From the NCBI GenBank assembly GCA_964016885.1, contig OZ024760.1, positions 5,146,001-5,210,000 on the forward strand: a DNA stretch of 64,000 nucleotides, written 5' to 3'. The notes beneath the pieces were generated by a model that did not search any database, was not told the origin of the DNA, and saw only the letters and a program-made list of their open reading frames with translations. This DNA comes from Eledone cirrhosa (lineage: Eukaryota). A program made the position numbers and the translations under genes. Shown here piece by piece: positions 30,571-43,712 of this stretch; position 1 is the first letter of the stretch; each line of letters opens with the position of its first letter.

Positions 30571-30629
30571 GTTTTATCTGATGAGAGCGTACCAAAGTTT
30601 TGGTACCCTTGAAATATATATAATAGAAT
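30571..30629 (+). ncRNA. Type-I hammerhead ribozyme motif, family A
   Basis: gttttat-CTGATGA-GAGcGTACCAAAgtTTTGGTACcCTT-GAAA-TATATA-TA-atagaat. Confidence 0.75.
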
Positions 30630-31030
30630 AAATATGGTTTTATAAATATAGTTTCCATTTATTAATATCATTGATATATATACATACATATATATATGTA
30701 TATACATATATATACATACATATATATGAATGTGCGTATGTATATATATACATATATATGAATGTGCGTATGTATATATATATATACATATATATATATA
30801 TACATATATATGAATGTGTGTATGTATCAGTGTATTTTTTCATGTAATACATTGGTCAGGTGTGATATTTTTATTTATACTTATATTTTATTTATATATT
30901 TATTTATTTATTTATTTATTTATTTTATATATTTCTCTGCCATTTTTCTTTAATAAAAAAAAAAGTTCATTACTCAGATTTTCGATTGTAAACCTCCAGT
31001 TACAAGTCAGGTGCACAGGGATAGGGGTCC

Positions 31031-31275
31031 CTATAACTTGGCAGTCATCTGGCCCATGAGTTTTTCTAGCTTGAGGGCCAAAGGCATATCCCCTTTGATT
31101 TTCAGCTTACCCGTCATGAGGGCCATGGTGGGCTTCATCTGACCGGAAAACATCTTCACAAAGTCTTTGTCTTTCATCGTCATAGTGACATCGACTTTGC
31201 CACCTGGCGGAGCCCCCTTGCCTACTGAGCCACTACCAGTGGACATGTCCACATACCATTTACCTTCTTCATCAC
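31031..31275 (-). CDS. HSDL2: HSDL2 exon 8 (last; SCP2 domain C-terminal part, ends MTAKL*)
   Basis: TTTTCAG acceptor; GDEEGKWYVDM...FVKMFSGQMKPTMALMTGKLKIKGDMPLALKLEKLMGQMTAKL; TAG stop; PTS1 tripeptide. Confidence 0.95.
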
Positions 31276-31297
31276 CTGAAAAAATTAATGATACAGG

Positions 31298-31334
<37 letters not shown>

Positions 31335-31358
31335 TATGCATATATAGAGAGAGAGAGA

Positions 31359-32300
31359 CATCATCATCATCATCATCATCATCGTTTAACGTCCATGTTC
31401 CACGCTTGCATGGGTTTGGACGGGAGTTTTCCCACTTGAGGCAAGAGTGGTTGTCTTGCTCGCATAGGACTGTCTGGCGGGTTTTCTACAGTTGGATGCC
31501 CTTCCTAACACCAACCACATTTACAGTATGGGGCTGGGAGGTTTTTACCGTGTTACCTACACAGCCACATTACAGCGTGGACTGTCTGGCGGGTTTTCTA
31601 CAGCTGGATGCCCTTCCTAACACCAACCACATTTACAGTGTGGGGCTGGGAGGTTTTTACCGTGTTGCCTACACAGCCACATTACAGCATGGACTGTCTG
31701 GCGGGTTTTCTACAGTTGGATGCCCTTCCTAACACCAACCACATTTACAGTGTGGGGCTGGGAGGTTTTTACCGTGTTGCCTACACGGCCACATTACAGC
31801 ATGGACTGTCTGGCGGGTTTTCTACAGCTGGATGCCCTTCCTAACACCAACCACATTTACAGTGTGGGGCTGGGAGGTTTTTACCGTGTTGCCTACACGG
31901 CCACATTACAGCATGGACTGTCTGGCGGGTTTTCTACAGTTGGATGCCCTTCCTAACACCAACCACATTTACAGTGTGGGGCTGGGAGGTTTTTACCGTG
32001 TTGCCTACACGGCCACATTACAGCATGGACTGTCTGGCGGGTTTTCTACAGCTGGATGCCCTTCCTAACACCAACCACATTTACAGTGTGGGGCTGGGAG
32101 GTTTTTACCGTGTTGCCTACACGGCCACATTACAGCGTGGCTGTGTGTTTTTTTGTCGTGACACCTACATGATCTCATTTGTTTCGGCCTGGATTTTGTG
32201 GCACCAACATAACTTTACATTGAAAGGGGTGGTGTGGATGGGGTGGGGGTGGTGGGACGGGGGTGTATTTTGTTAGAGATGCCTACTGACTGTAGTAGGT
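31359..32300 (-). mobile_element. RTE 3'-UTR-derived element containing a 6 x 112-bp tandem expansion (31467-32138)
   Basis: Matches the 3' UTR (57498-57890) of the RTE copy; GGACTGT unit starts at 31467, 31579, 31691, 31803, 31915, 32027. Confidence 0.85.
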
Positions 32301-32403
32301 TTTACTGACACATATATATATCCACACATTACTTTCTCCAGAGCGTGAAATTAATAAACATTCGTTGTACTGCCTCTCTGTTTTGTTCCTGTTCAAATTT
32401 TCC

Positions 32404-32472
<69 letters not shown>

Positions 32473-32849
32473 TTAGTAAAATCGAAGCTTTGGATGTGGG
32501 CAAGCAAAGTCAACCTACAATAGGAATGAGTTAGCAAAGTACTCAATAAGGGTAGGTCCTTAGAGTAATAACATACGTTTAAATAGCTTGACAAATTGAA
32601 CATTGCGGTAGGCAAAACCCAACCACACAATACCAAAGTAACGAAAGAACTAACAGGTTAAAAAGATACACCTGGACAAATCAAACGATATACGTTTGAA
32701 ATGTTTCTATGAATCCGAAATCAGCTATCCAACTTACGTAACAAGCACGCTCGTGGTATTCCATGATCGAACAGAGGTTTCATTTCATCAACAGGGATTC
32801 CGTTCTGCCATTAAGAATGCAGCCAGCGAACACTTAGTTGTCACGTGTT

Positions 32850-33030
32850 GGTGAATTGGCAGTATCGGTAGAGCGTCGGACGCCATGCTTTCCAGCATAG
32901 TTACGTCCCTTTACGATCTGAGTTCAAATTCCGCCGAGGTTGACTTTGCCTTTCATCCTTACAGGGTCGATAAAATAGAGTACCAGTAATGCACTGGGTA
33001 ATTGCTGGCCTTGTGCCTAAAGTAGAAACA
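32850..33030 (+). mobile_element. tRNA-headed SINE family 2
   Basis: TGGCAGTATCGG A-box-like, GAGTTCAAATTC B box, core GCCTTTCATCCTTAC.GGGTCGATAAAAT; at least 6 copies in window. Confidence 0.8.
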
Positions 33031-33413
33031 GTTATTTCCAACAAGGGAAGCAACCGCCGGTTTTTGGCAGGTAGATTCAAAGTGTTAACAAAGGAAATAT
33101 TATAATTTCCGCTAACATTCTGAATAAAAGCTCTCTACCAGATGTTATTAAACAAACACAAATAATTAACCAATCAACAGAATTGTCTAATTAAATTAAT
33201 TAGTTAATTATTAAATCTAGGAGAAAATAATACAAGTGGAAGCTTAGTAAAATCGAAGCTTTGGCTGTGGGCAAGCAAAGTCGACAGAGAGAGAGAGAAA
33301 GATACACTACTACCACTACCATTAATATTAATTGTTTATATTTTTGGCACAAGGCCAGCAATTACCCAGTGCATTACTGGTGCTTTATTTGTATTAATAT
33401 TGATACAACTTAC

Positions 33414-33596
33414 CAGTCAAATTAAAGGCAAACACACCACCCATTGATTTGACAACATCTTCATTCAATATTTTCTCAATGGACTGGAAAGTTTTGATAG
33501 TTAAACTATCACCAACACTGGACGGTTTATCTTCTGATGATGTCTCCTCTGAGCCTGGCTCAACATCCAAGAAGAAATCAGGAAGGAATGTACTAC
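33414..33596 (-). CDS. HSDL2: HSDL2 exon 7 (linker and start of SCP2 domain)
   Basis: CCAG acceptor, GTAAG donor; (G)STFLPDFFLDVEPGSEE...KTFQSIEKILNEDVVKSMGGVFAFNLT; 183 nt, phase 1/1. Confidence 0.92.
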
Positions 33597-33930
33597 CTGG
33601 AATAATGGATAAAGTGTTAAAGAATGTAATAATGGTGGTGGTAGTGGTGGGGTTTTAAAATGTATTAATGGTGGTGGTGTTTATGATTGGGGTTGTGATG
33701 GTGGTGGTGGTGGTGGTAATAATAATGGTGGTTTTGGTGGTGGTGATAATAATAATGGTGGTTTTGGTGGTGGTAGTGACAGTGGCAATGGTAGTTGTAA
33801 TGGCAGATGGTAACATGAAATTTTGGGTGTAAAAATGTGTGTATATCTATGTAGGTGTGTGCGTGTGTTATATACAGAAAAATATATAGTAAATACTGTG
33901 TGGTTGATTGGTGGTGGTTGTAGCAGTATT

Positions 33931-36900
33931 GGTGGTGGGGGTAATGGCAGTGGTGGTGGTAGAGGTAGTAGTGGTAATGACAGTGGTGGTGGGGGTAATG
34001 GCAGTGGTGGTGGTAGGGGTAGTAGTGGTAATGACAGTGGTGGTGGGGGTAATGGCAGTGGTCGTGGTAGGGGTAGTAGTGGTAATGACAGTGGTGGTGG
34101 TGGGGGTAATGGCAGTGGTGGTGGTAGGGGTAGTAGTGGTAATGACAGTGGTGGTGGGGGTAATGGCAGTGGTGGTGGTAGGGGTAGTAGTGGTAATGAC
34201 AGTGGTGGTGGTGGGGGTAATGGCAGTGGTGGTGGGAGGGGTAGTAGTGGTAATGACAGTGGTGGTGGTGGGGGTAATGGCAGTGGTGGTGGTAGGGGTA
34301 GTAGTGGTAATGACAGTGGTGGTGGTGGGGGTAATGGCAGTGGTGGTGGTAGAGGTAGTAGTGGTAATGACAGTGGTGGTGGGGGTAATGGCAGTGGTGG
34401 TGGTAGGGGTAGTAGTGGTAATGACAGTGGTGGTGGTGGGGGTAATGGCAGTGGTGGTGGTAGGGGTAGTAGTGGTAATGACAGTGGTGGTGGGGGTAAT
34501 GGCAGTGGTGGTGGTAGGGGTAGTAGTGGTAATGACAGTGGTGGTGATGGGGGTAATGGCAGTGGTGGTGGTAGGGGTAGTAGTGGTAATGACAGTGGTG
34601 GTGGGGGTAATGGCAGTGGTGGTGGTAGGGGTAGTAGTGGTAATAACTGTGGTGGTGGGGGTAATGGCAGTAGTGGTGGTAGAGGTAGTAGTGGTAATGA
34701 CTGTGGTGGTGGTGGGGGTAATGGCAGTGGTGGTGGTAGGGGTAGTAGTGGTAATAACTGTGGTGGTGGTGGGGGTAATGGCAGTGGTGGTGGTAGGGGT
34801 AGTAGTGGTAATAACTGTGGTGGTGGTGGGGGTAATGGCAGTGGTGGTGGTAGAGGTAGTAGTGGTAATGACAGTGGTGGTGGTGGGGGTAATGGCAGTG
34901 GTGGTGGTAGGGGTAGTAGTGGTAATGACAGTGGTGGTGGGGGTAATGGCAGTGGTGGTGGTAGGGGTAGTAGTGGTAATAACTGTGGTGGTGGTGGGGG
35001 TAATGGCAGTGGTGGTGGTAGGGGTAGTAGTGGTAATGACAGTGGTGGTGGTGGGGGTAATGGCAGTGGTGGTGGTAGGGGTAGTAGTGGTAATAACTGT
35101 GGTGGTGGTGGGGGTAATGGCAGTGGTGGTGGTAGGGGTAGTAGTGGTAATAACTGTGGTGGTGGTGGGGGTAATGGCAGTGGTGGTGGTAGAGGTAGTA
35201 GTGGTAATGACAGTGGTGGTGGTGGGGGTAATGGCAGTGGTGGTGGTAGGGGTAGTAGTGGTAATGACAGTGGTGGTGGGGGTAATGGCAGTGGTGGTGG
35301 TAGGGGTAGTAGTGGTAATAACTGTGGTGGTGGTGGGGGTAATGGCAGTGGTGGTGGTAGGGGTAGTAGTGGTAATGACAGTGGTGGTGGTGGTAGGGGT
35401 AGTAGTGGTAATAACTGTGGTGGTGGTGGGGGTAATGGCAGTGGTGGTGGTAGGGGTAGTAGTGGTAATGACAGTGGTGGTGGTGGGGGTAATGGCAGTG
35501 GTGGTGGTAGGGGTAGTAGTGGTAATGACAGTGGTGGGGGTGGGGGTAATGGCAGTGGTGGTGGTAGGGGTAGTAGTGGTAATAACTGTGGTGGTGGTGG
35601 GGGTAATGGCAGTGGTGGTGGTAGGGGTAGTAGTGGTAATGACAGTGGTGGTGGTGGGGGTAATGGCAGTGGTGGTGGTAGGGGTAGTAGTGGTAATGAC
35701 AGTGGTGGTGGTGGGGGTAATGGCAGTGGTGGTGGTAGGGGTAGTAGTGGTAATAACTGTGGTGGTGGTGGGGGTAATGGCAGTGGTGGTGGTAGGGGTA
35801 GTAGTGGTAATGACAGTGGTGGTGGTGGGGGTAATGGCAGTGGTGGTGGTAGGGGTAGTAGTGGTAATAACTGTGGTGGTGGTGGGGGTAATGGCAGTGG
35901 TGGTGGTAGGGGTAGTAGTGGTAATGACAGTGGTGGTGGTGGGGGTAATGGCAGTGGTGGTGGTAGGGGTAGTAGTGGTAATGACAGTGGTGGTGGGGGT
36001 AATGGCAGTGGTCGTGGTAGGGGTAGTAGTGGTAATGACAGTGGTGGTGGTGGGGGTAATGGCAGTGGTCGTGGTGGGGGTAATGGCAGTGGTGGTGGTA
36101 GGGGTAGTAGTGGTAATGACAGTGGTGGTGGTGGGGGTAATGGCAGTGGTGGTGGTGGAGGTAATGGCAGTGGTGGTGGTAGGGGTAGTAGTGGTAATGA
36201 CAGTGGTGGTGGTGGGGGTAATGGCAGTGGTGGTGGTAGGGGTAGTAGTGGTAATAACTGTGGTGGTGGTGGGGGTAATGGCAGTGGTGGTGGTAGGGGT
36301 AGTAGTGGTAATGACAGTGGTGGTGGTGGGGGTAATGGCAGTGGTGGTGGTAGGGGTAGTAGTGGTAATAACTGTGGTGGTGGTGGGGGTAATGGCAGTG
36401 GTGGTGGTAGGGGTAGTAGTGGTAATGACAGTGGTGGTGGTGGGGGTAATGGCAGTGGTGGTGGTAGGGGTAGTAGTGGTAATGACAGTGGTGGTGGTGG
36501 GGGTAATGGCAGTGGTGGTGGTAGGGGTAGTAGTGGTAATAACTGTGGTGGTGGTGGGGGTAATGGCAGTGGTGGTGGTAGGGGTAGTAGTGGTAATGAC
36601 AGTGGTGGTGGTGGGGGTAATGGCAGTGGTGGTGGTAGGGGTAGTAGTGGTAATGACAGTGGTGGTGGTGGGGGTAATGGCAGTGGTGGTGGTAGGGGTA
36701 GTAGTGGTAATGACAGTGGTGGTGGTGGGGGTAATGGCAGTGGTGGTGGTAGGGGTAGTAGTGGTAATGACAGTGGTGGTGGTGGGGGTAATGGCAGTGG
36801 TGGTGGTAGGGGTAGTAGTGGTAATGACAGTGGTGGTGGTGGGGGTAATGGCAGTGGTGGTGGTAGGGGTAGTAGTGGTAATGACAGTGGTGGTGGTGGG

Positions 36901-39900
36901 GGTAATGGCAGTGGTGGTGGTAGGGGTAGTAGTGGTAATAACTGTGGTGGTGGTGGGGGTAATGGCAGTGGTGGTGGTAGGGGTAGTAGTGGTAATGACA
37001 GTGGTGGTGGTGGGGGTAATGGCAGTGGTGGTGGTAGGGGTAGTAGTGGTAATGACAGTGGTGGTGGTGGGGGTAATGGCAGTGGTGGTGGTAGGGGTAG
37101 TAGTGGTAATGACAGTGGTGGTGGTGGGGGTAATGGCAGTGGTGGTGGTAGGGGTAGTAGTGGTAATGACAGTGGTGGTGGGGGTAATGGCAGTGGTGGT
37201 GGTAGGGGTAATGGCAGTGGTGGTGGTAGAGGTAGTAGTGGTAATAACTGTGGTGGTGGTGGGGGTAATGGCAGTGGTGGTGGTAGGGGTAGTAGTGGTA
37301 ATAACTGTGGTGGTGGTGGGGGTAATGGCAGTGGTGGTGGTAGGGGTAGTAGTGGTAATAACTGTGGTGGTGGTGGGGGTAATGGCAGTGGTGGTGGTAG
37401 GGGTAGTAGTGGTAATGACAGTGGTGGTGGGGGTAATGGCAGTGGTGGTGGTAGGGGTAGTAGTGGTAATGACAGTGGTGGTGGGGGTAATGGCAGTGGT
37501 GGTGGTAGGGGTAGTAGTGGTAATGACAGTGGTGGTGGGGGTAATGGCAGTGGTGGTGGTAGGGGTAGTAGTGGTAATAACTGTGGTGGTGGTGGGGGTA
37601 ATGGCAGTGGTGGTGGTAGGGGTAGTAGTGGTAATAACTGTGGTGGTGGTGGGGGTAATGGCAGTGGTGGTGGTAGAGGTAGTAGTGGTAATGACAGTGG
37701 TGGTGGTGGGGGTAATGGCAGTGGTGGTGGTAGAGGTAGTAGTGGTAATAACTGTGGTGGTGGTGGGGGTAATGGCAGTGGTGGTGGTAGGGGTAGTAGT
37801 GGTAATGACAGTGGTGGTGGTGGGGGTAATGGCAGTGGTGGTGGTAGGGGTAGTAGTGGTAATGACAGTGGTGGTGGTGGGGGTAATGGCAGTGGTGGTG
37901 GTAGGGGTAGTAGTGGTAATGACAGTGGTGGTGGGGGTAATGGCAGTGGTGGTGGTAGGGGTAGTAGTGGTAATGACAGTGGTGGTGGTGGGGGTAATGG
38001 CAGTGGTGGTGGTAGGGGTAGTAGTGGTAATGACAGTGGTGGTGGGGGTAATGGCAGTGGTGGTGGTAGGGGTAGTAGTGGTAATAACTGTGGTGGTGGT
38101 GGTGGGGGTAATGGCAGTGGTGGTGGTAGGGGTAGTAGTGGTAATGACAGTGGTGGTGGTGGGGGTAATGGCAGTGGTGGTGGTAGGGGTAGTAGTGGTA
38201 ATAACTGTGGTGGTGGTGGGGGTAATGGCAGTGGTGGTGGTAGGGGTAGTAGTGGTAATAACTGTGGTGGTGGTGGGGGTAATGGCAGTGGTGGTGGTAG
38301 GGGTAGTAGTGGTAATGACAGTGGTGGTGGGGGTAATGGCAGTGGTGGTGGTAGGGGTAGTAGTGGTAATAACTGTGGTGGTGGTGGGGGTAATGGCAGT
38401 GGTGGTGGTAGGGGTAGTAGTGGTAATGACAGTGGTGGTGGTGGGGGTAATGGCAGTGGTGGTGGTAGGGGTAGTAGTGGTAATAACTGTGGTGGTGGTG
38501 GGGGTAATGGCAGTGGTGGTGGTAGGGGTAGTAGTGGTAATGACAGTGGTGGTGGTGGGGGTAATGGCAGTGGTGGTGGTAGGGGTAGTAGTGGTAATGA
38601 CAGTGGTGGTGGGGGTAATGGCAGTGGTCGTGGTAGGGGTAGTAGTGGTAATGACAGTGGTGGTGGGGGTAATGGCAGTGGTGGTGGTAGGGGTAGTAGT
38701 GGTAATAACTGTGGTGGTGGTGGGGGTAATGGCAGTGGTGGTGGTAGGGGTAGTAGTGGTAATGACAGTGGTGGTGGTGGGGGTAATGGCAGTGGTGGTG
38801 GTAGGGGTAGTAGTGGTAATAACTGTGGTGGTGGTGGGGGTAATGGCAGTGGTGGTGGTAGAGGTAGTAGTGGTAATGACAGTGGTGGTGGTGGGGGTAA
38901 TGGCAGTGGTGGTGGTAGGGGTAGTAGTGGTAATGACAGTGGTGGTGGGGGTAATGGCAGTGGTGGTGGTAGAGGTAGTAGTGGTAATGACAGTGGTGGT
39001 GGTGGGGGTAATGGCAGTGGTGGTGGTAGGGGTAGTAGTGGTAATGACAGTGGTGGTGGTGGGGGTAATGGCAGTGGTCGTGGTAGGGGTAGTAGTGGTA
39101 ATGACAGTGGTGGTGGGGGTAATGGCAGTGGTGGTGGTAGGGGTAGTAGTGGTAATAACTGTGGTGGTGGTGGGGGTAATGGCAGTGGTGGTGGTAGGGG
39201 TAGTAGTGGTAATGACAGTGGTGGTGGTGGGGGTAATGGCAGTGGTGGTGGTAGGGGTAGTAGTGGTAATGACAGTGGTGGTGGGGGTAATGGCAGTGGT
39301 GGTGGTAGAGGTAGTAGTGGTAATGACAGTGGTGGTGGTGGGGGTAATGGCAGTGGTGGTGGTAGGGGTAGTAGTGGTAATGACAGTGGTGGTGGGGGTA
39401 ATGGCAGTGGTGGTGGTAGGGGTACTAGTGGTAATGACAGTGGTGGTGGTGGGGGTAATGGCAGTGGTGGTGGTAGGGGTAGTAGTGGTAATGACAGTGG
39501 TGGTGGTGGGGGTAATGGCAGTGGTCGTGGTAGGGGTAGTAGTGGTAATGACAGTGGTGGTGGTGGGGGTAATGGCAGTGGTGGTGGTAGGGGTAGTAGT
39601 GGTAATGACAGTGGTGGTGGTGGGGGTAATGGCAGTGGTCGTGGTAGGGGTAGTAGTGGTAATGACAGTGGTGGTGGTGGGGGTAATGGCAGTGGTGGTG
39701 GTAGGGGTAGTAGTGGTAATGACAGTGGTGGTGGGGGTAATGGCAGTGGTGGTGGGGGTAATGGCAGTGGTCGTGGTAGGGGTAGTAGTGGTAATGACAG
39801 TGGTGGTGGGGGTAATGGCAGTGGTCGTGGTAGGGGTAGTAGTGGTAATGACAGTGGTGGTGGGGGTAATGGCAGTGGTCGTGGTAGGGGTAGTAGTGGT

Positions 39901-41760
39901 AATGACAGTGGTGGTGGTGGGGGTAATGGCAGTGGTCGTGGTGGGGGTAATGGCAGTGGTGGTGGTAGGGGTAGTAGTGGTAATGACAGTGGTGGTGGTG
40001 GGGGTAATGGCAGTGGTGGTGGTGGAGGTAATGGCAGTGGTGGTGGTAGGGGTAGTAGTGGTAATGACAGTGGTGGTGGGGGTAATGGCAGTGGTGGTGG
40101 TAGGGGTAGTAGTGGTAATGACAGTGGTGGTGGGGGTAATGGCAGTGGTGGTGGTAGGGGTAGTAGTGGTAATGACAGTGGTGGTGGTGGGGGTAATGGC
40201 AGTGGTGGTGGTAGGGGTAGTAGTGGTAATGACAGTGGTGGTGGTGGGGGTAATGGCAGTGGTGGTGGTAGGGGTAGTAGTGGTAATGACAGTGGTGGTG
40301 GTGGGGGTAATGGCAGTGGTGGTGGTAGGGGTAGTAGTGGTAATGACAGTGGTGGTGGTGGGGGTAATGGCAGTGGTGGTGGTAGGGGTAGTAGTCGTAA
40401 TGACAGTGGTGGTGGTGGGGGTAATGGCAGTGGTGGTGGTAGGGGTAGTAGTCGTAATGACAGTGGTGGTGGTGGGGGTAATGGCAGTGGTGGTGGTAGG
40501 GGTAGTAGTGGTAATGACAGTGGTGGTGGTGGGGGTAATGGCAGTGGTCGTGGTGGGGGTAATGGCAGTGGTGGTGGTAGGGGTAGTAGTGGTAATGACA
40601 GTGGTGGTGGTGGGGGTAATGGCAGTGGTGGTGGTGGGGGTAATGGCAGTGGTGGTGGTAGGGGTAGTAGTGGTAATGACAGTGGTGGTGGGGGTAATGG
40701 CAGTGGTCGTGGTAGGGGTAGTAGTGGTAATGACAGTGGTGGTGGGGGTAATGGCAGTGGTCGTGGTAGGGGTAGTAGTGGTAATGACAGTGGTGGTGGG
40801 GGTAATGGCAGTGGTCGTGGTAGGGGTAGTAGTGGTAATGACAGTGGTGGTGGGGGTAATGGCAGTGGTGGTGGTAGGGGTAGTAGTGGTAATGACAGTG
40901 GTGGTGGTGGGGGTAATGGCAGTGGTGGTGGTAGGGGTAGTAGTGGTAATGACAGTGGTGGTGGTGGGGGTAATGGCAGTGGTGGTGGTAGGGGTAGTAG
41001 TGGTAATGACAGTGGTGGTGGTGGGGGTAATGGCAGTGGTGGTGGTAGGGGTAGTAGTGGTAATGACAGTGGTGGTGGGGGTAATGGCAGTGGTGGTGGT
41101 AGGGGTAGTAGTGGTAATGACAGTGGTGGTGGGGGTAATGGCAGTGGTCGTGGTAGGGGTAGTAGTGGTAATGACAGTGGTGGTGGGGGTAATGGCAGTG
41201 GTCGTGGTAGGGGTAGTAGTGGTAATGACAGTGGTGGTGGTGGGGGTAATGGCAGTGGTGGTAGGGGTAGTAGTGGTAATGACAGTGGTGGTGGTGGGGG
41301 TAATGGCAGTGGTGGTGGTAGGGGTAGTAGTGGTAATGACAGTGGTGGTGGTGGGGTAATGGCAGTGATCGTGGTAGGGGTAGTAGTGGTAATGACAGTG
41401 GTGGTGGTGGGGGTAATGGCAGTGGTGGTGGTAGGGGTAGTAGTGGTAATGACAGTGGTGGTGGTAGTGATAATGGCAGTGGTGGTGGTAGGGGTAGTAG
41501 TGGTAATGACAGTGGTGGTGGTGGGGGTAATGGCAGTGGTCGTGGTAGGGGTAGTAGTGGTAATGACAGTGGTGGTGGTGGGGGTAATGGCAGTGGTGGT
41601 GGTAGGGGTAGTAGTGGTAATGACAGTGGTGGTGGTGGGGGTAATGGCAGTGGTGGTGGTAGGGGTAGTAGTGGTAATGACAGTGGTGGTGGTGGGGGTA
41701 ATGGCAGTGGTGGTGGTAGGGGTAGTAGTGGTAATAACTGTGGTGGTGGTAGTGATAATG
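33931..41760. repeat. 57-bp (54-bp variant) G-rich minisatellite, ~140 copies, in HSDL2 intron 6
   Basis: Unit GGTAATGGCAGTGGTGGTGGTAGGGGTAGTAGTGGTAATGACAGTGGTGGTGGTGGG. Confidence 0.97.
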
Positions 41761-41767
41761 GCAATGG

Positions 41768-41915
41768 TGGTGGTGGGGATAATGGCAATGTGGTGGTGGG
41801 GATAATGGCAATGTGGTGGTGGGGATAATGGCAATGTGGTGGTGGGGATAATGGCAATGTGGTGGTGGGGATAATGGCAATGTGGTGGTGGGGATAATGG
41901 CAATGTGGTGGTGGT
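41768..41915. repeat. 23-bp tandem repeat GGTGGTGGGGATAATGGCAATGT x ~6
   Basis: Direct reading; shares GGT/AATGGCA motifs with the adjacent minisatellite. Confidence 0.85.
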
Positions 41916-42181
41916 GGCAGACAGGAATGTTGGGCAAAAATGTGTCTATGTGTATGTGTGTGAGTGTGTATGTATATGTGTATATGTATGAGCGTGAATG
42001 TGTGTGTGTGTGAGTGTGTATGTATATGTGTATATGTATGAGCGTGAATGTGTGTGTGTGTGAGTGTGTATGTATATGTGTATATGTATGAGCGTGAATG
42101 TGTGTGTGTGTGAGTGTGTATGTGTTATATAGGGGTAAATACATAGTAGACATTGTGAGATAGATAGGAGTAATAACTTAC

Positions 42182-42382
42182 CTGGAACACAGGAGTATGA
42201 CTCAAAATCTGTGACTCCTGCCTCTGTCAATATTGTATCATCGATACAGAAATTTCCTGTGAAGCTTTTACTCTCCTTGTTCAATATAACATACGCAGCA
42301 TCAGCCATGATCTCAGGTTTTCGACAACTTTTCTCAATATCATCACCACCACCCAACATCTTCATTGCAGCTGTGTAAATCG
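42182..42382 (-). CDS. HSDL2: HSDL2 exon 6
   Basis: TTCTGTAG acceptor, GTAAG donor; AIYTAAMKMLGG...RKPEIMADAAYVILNKESKSFTGNFCIDDTILTEAGVTDFESYSCVPG; 201 nt. Confidence 0.95.
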
Positions 42383-42404
42383 CTACAGAAAAAAAGCATA
42401 TACA

Positions 42405-42666
42405 TGTTGTAATAGTCTGCATGTTCATTAAATATTTCCAGTGTAGATGACAAATGGGATATTCTAAGGGATATATTAGGTGCTATCAAATTGATTATGG
42501 AGCGAGGGTGGTTTGATTGATAATTGATGTATGCTAGGTTCTCATTATTTTTATGGAAAGGTTCTATTAATCCTGTGTTTAAATTGAGTGTTACATCTAA
42601 GAAATTAGCTTTTCTAAAATTATGCTCGAATGTAATTTCAAGGCCTAGCCTACCATAGAAGACCTT
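42405..42666 (-). mobile_element. Penelope-like element RT thumb relic (Naiad/Neptune-like); short inverted copy at 42859-42912
   Basis: GLEITFE..KANFLDVTLNLNTG..EPFHKNNENLAYINYQSNHPRSII..I..NISLRISHLSS..EIFNE matches the PLE RT C-terminal FLDV...SNHP motifs. Confidence 0.8.
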
Positions 42667-42856
42667 CAGTGGAAGGAAGACGCAGTAGACGAAGACCACG
42701 AAAATCATGGGCAGAGGTGGTGAGAGCTGACCTCAGATCGCTGAAGCTCACAGAGGAGATGACGAATGGAGAGATGCTGTGCTGAAAAGGACCCATCCCA
42801 CCCTTGCAAGCAGGGAAAAGTGGACGTAAAATGATGATGATGATGATGATGATGAT
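42667..42856 (+). mobile_element. RTE 3' fragment with (GAT)n tail
   Basis: VEGRRSRRRPRKSWAEVVRADLRSLKLTEEM; same family as 49060-49452. Confidence 0.8.
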
Positions 42857-43250
42857 TAGGGTCTTCTTTGGTAGAATAGGCCTTGAAATTACATTTGAGA
42901 AATAATTTTAGATATTATGTTTCCTGTCCTTACCCAAATATTATTCCACTCTTTTATATTATACTATTCCTATCTCCCCACCTCCTCAATTATGTAATTT
43001 TATTTTTCATTTTGATATTTATGTTATTTGGTATAAAACTGCAGTGAGGCTAAATCCATGATCAGTATTTCAATAATTCACCTAATCACTGCAGTGTTTT
43101 ACGTATTTAAAATCGAAATTCACAATAGCCAATCAACTATTGATGATAGCGATTTCAAGACATAATTAATTGCATAGTAAGTAATGAAACATATGTTTAT
43201 TATATCGCTTATCCGTGTTAATCATCCTTTTACCTGTTATTATTACTCCA

Positions 43251-43385
43251 AGAGTTACGGCCCTTGCCATTCTGAGTTCAAATCCCGCCGAGGTTAACTT
43301 TGCCTTTCATCCTTACGGGGTCGATAAAATAAAGTACCAGTAATGCACTGGGTAATTGCTGGCACTTGTGCCAAAAGTAGAAACA
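43251..43385 (+). mobile_element. SINE family 2, partial
   Basis: B box and core shared with 32850-33030. Confidence 0.7.
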
Positions 43386-43712
43386 ATTATTACTCCAAGA
43401 ACTACTAATCACAGGACTTTCAAGAATCTACCCTCCAAAAAAACCTATGTAAACATCATGTTGAGTTAACTAGTATCATACACTGAAATATTCCTCGGTA
43501 CAGATTACTCATAACCTGAGCTTAGGTAACCTTAAATGATATCTCATTTATTTTGATATATATATATATCACGTGGTTGAAAACATGGAAGACACAAACC
43601 CAAGGAAAATTCCTGCTCATTGGCTGGCTTCTGAGAGCAGAGAAGTAAGCACATATTGAAATTAAAGGGTGAGAAAGGGAGAGACATGAAAGTAAAGTAT
43701 ATCATTTCTTAC

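Noticed and set aside
31467-32138. 112-bp tandem units as retrozyme or CRISPR array
   Set aside because: No hammerhead core and no spacers; the unit is part of an RTE 3' UTR
33534-33560. CTGATGA antisense to exon 7
   Set aside because: No stem II or GAAA; explained by Ser codons
33681-42153. 2400-2760-aa mucin-like, Gly-rich, Val-rich and Pro/Leu ORFs
   Set aside because: Triplet-based minisatellite open in most frames inside an intron whose flanking exons join in phase; no signal peptide; frameshift near 41353
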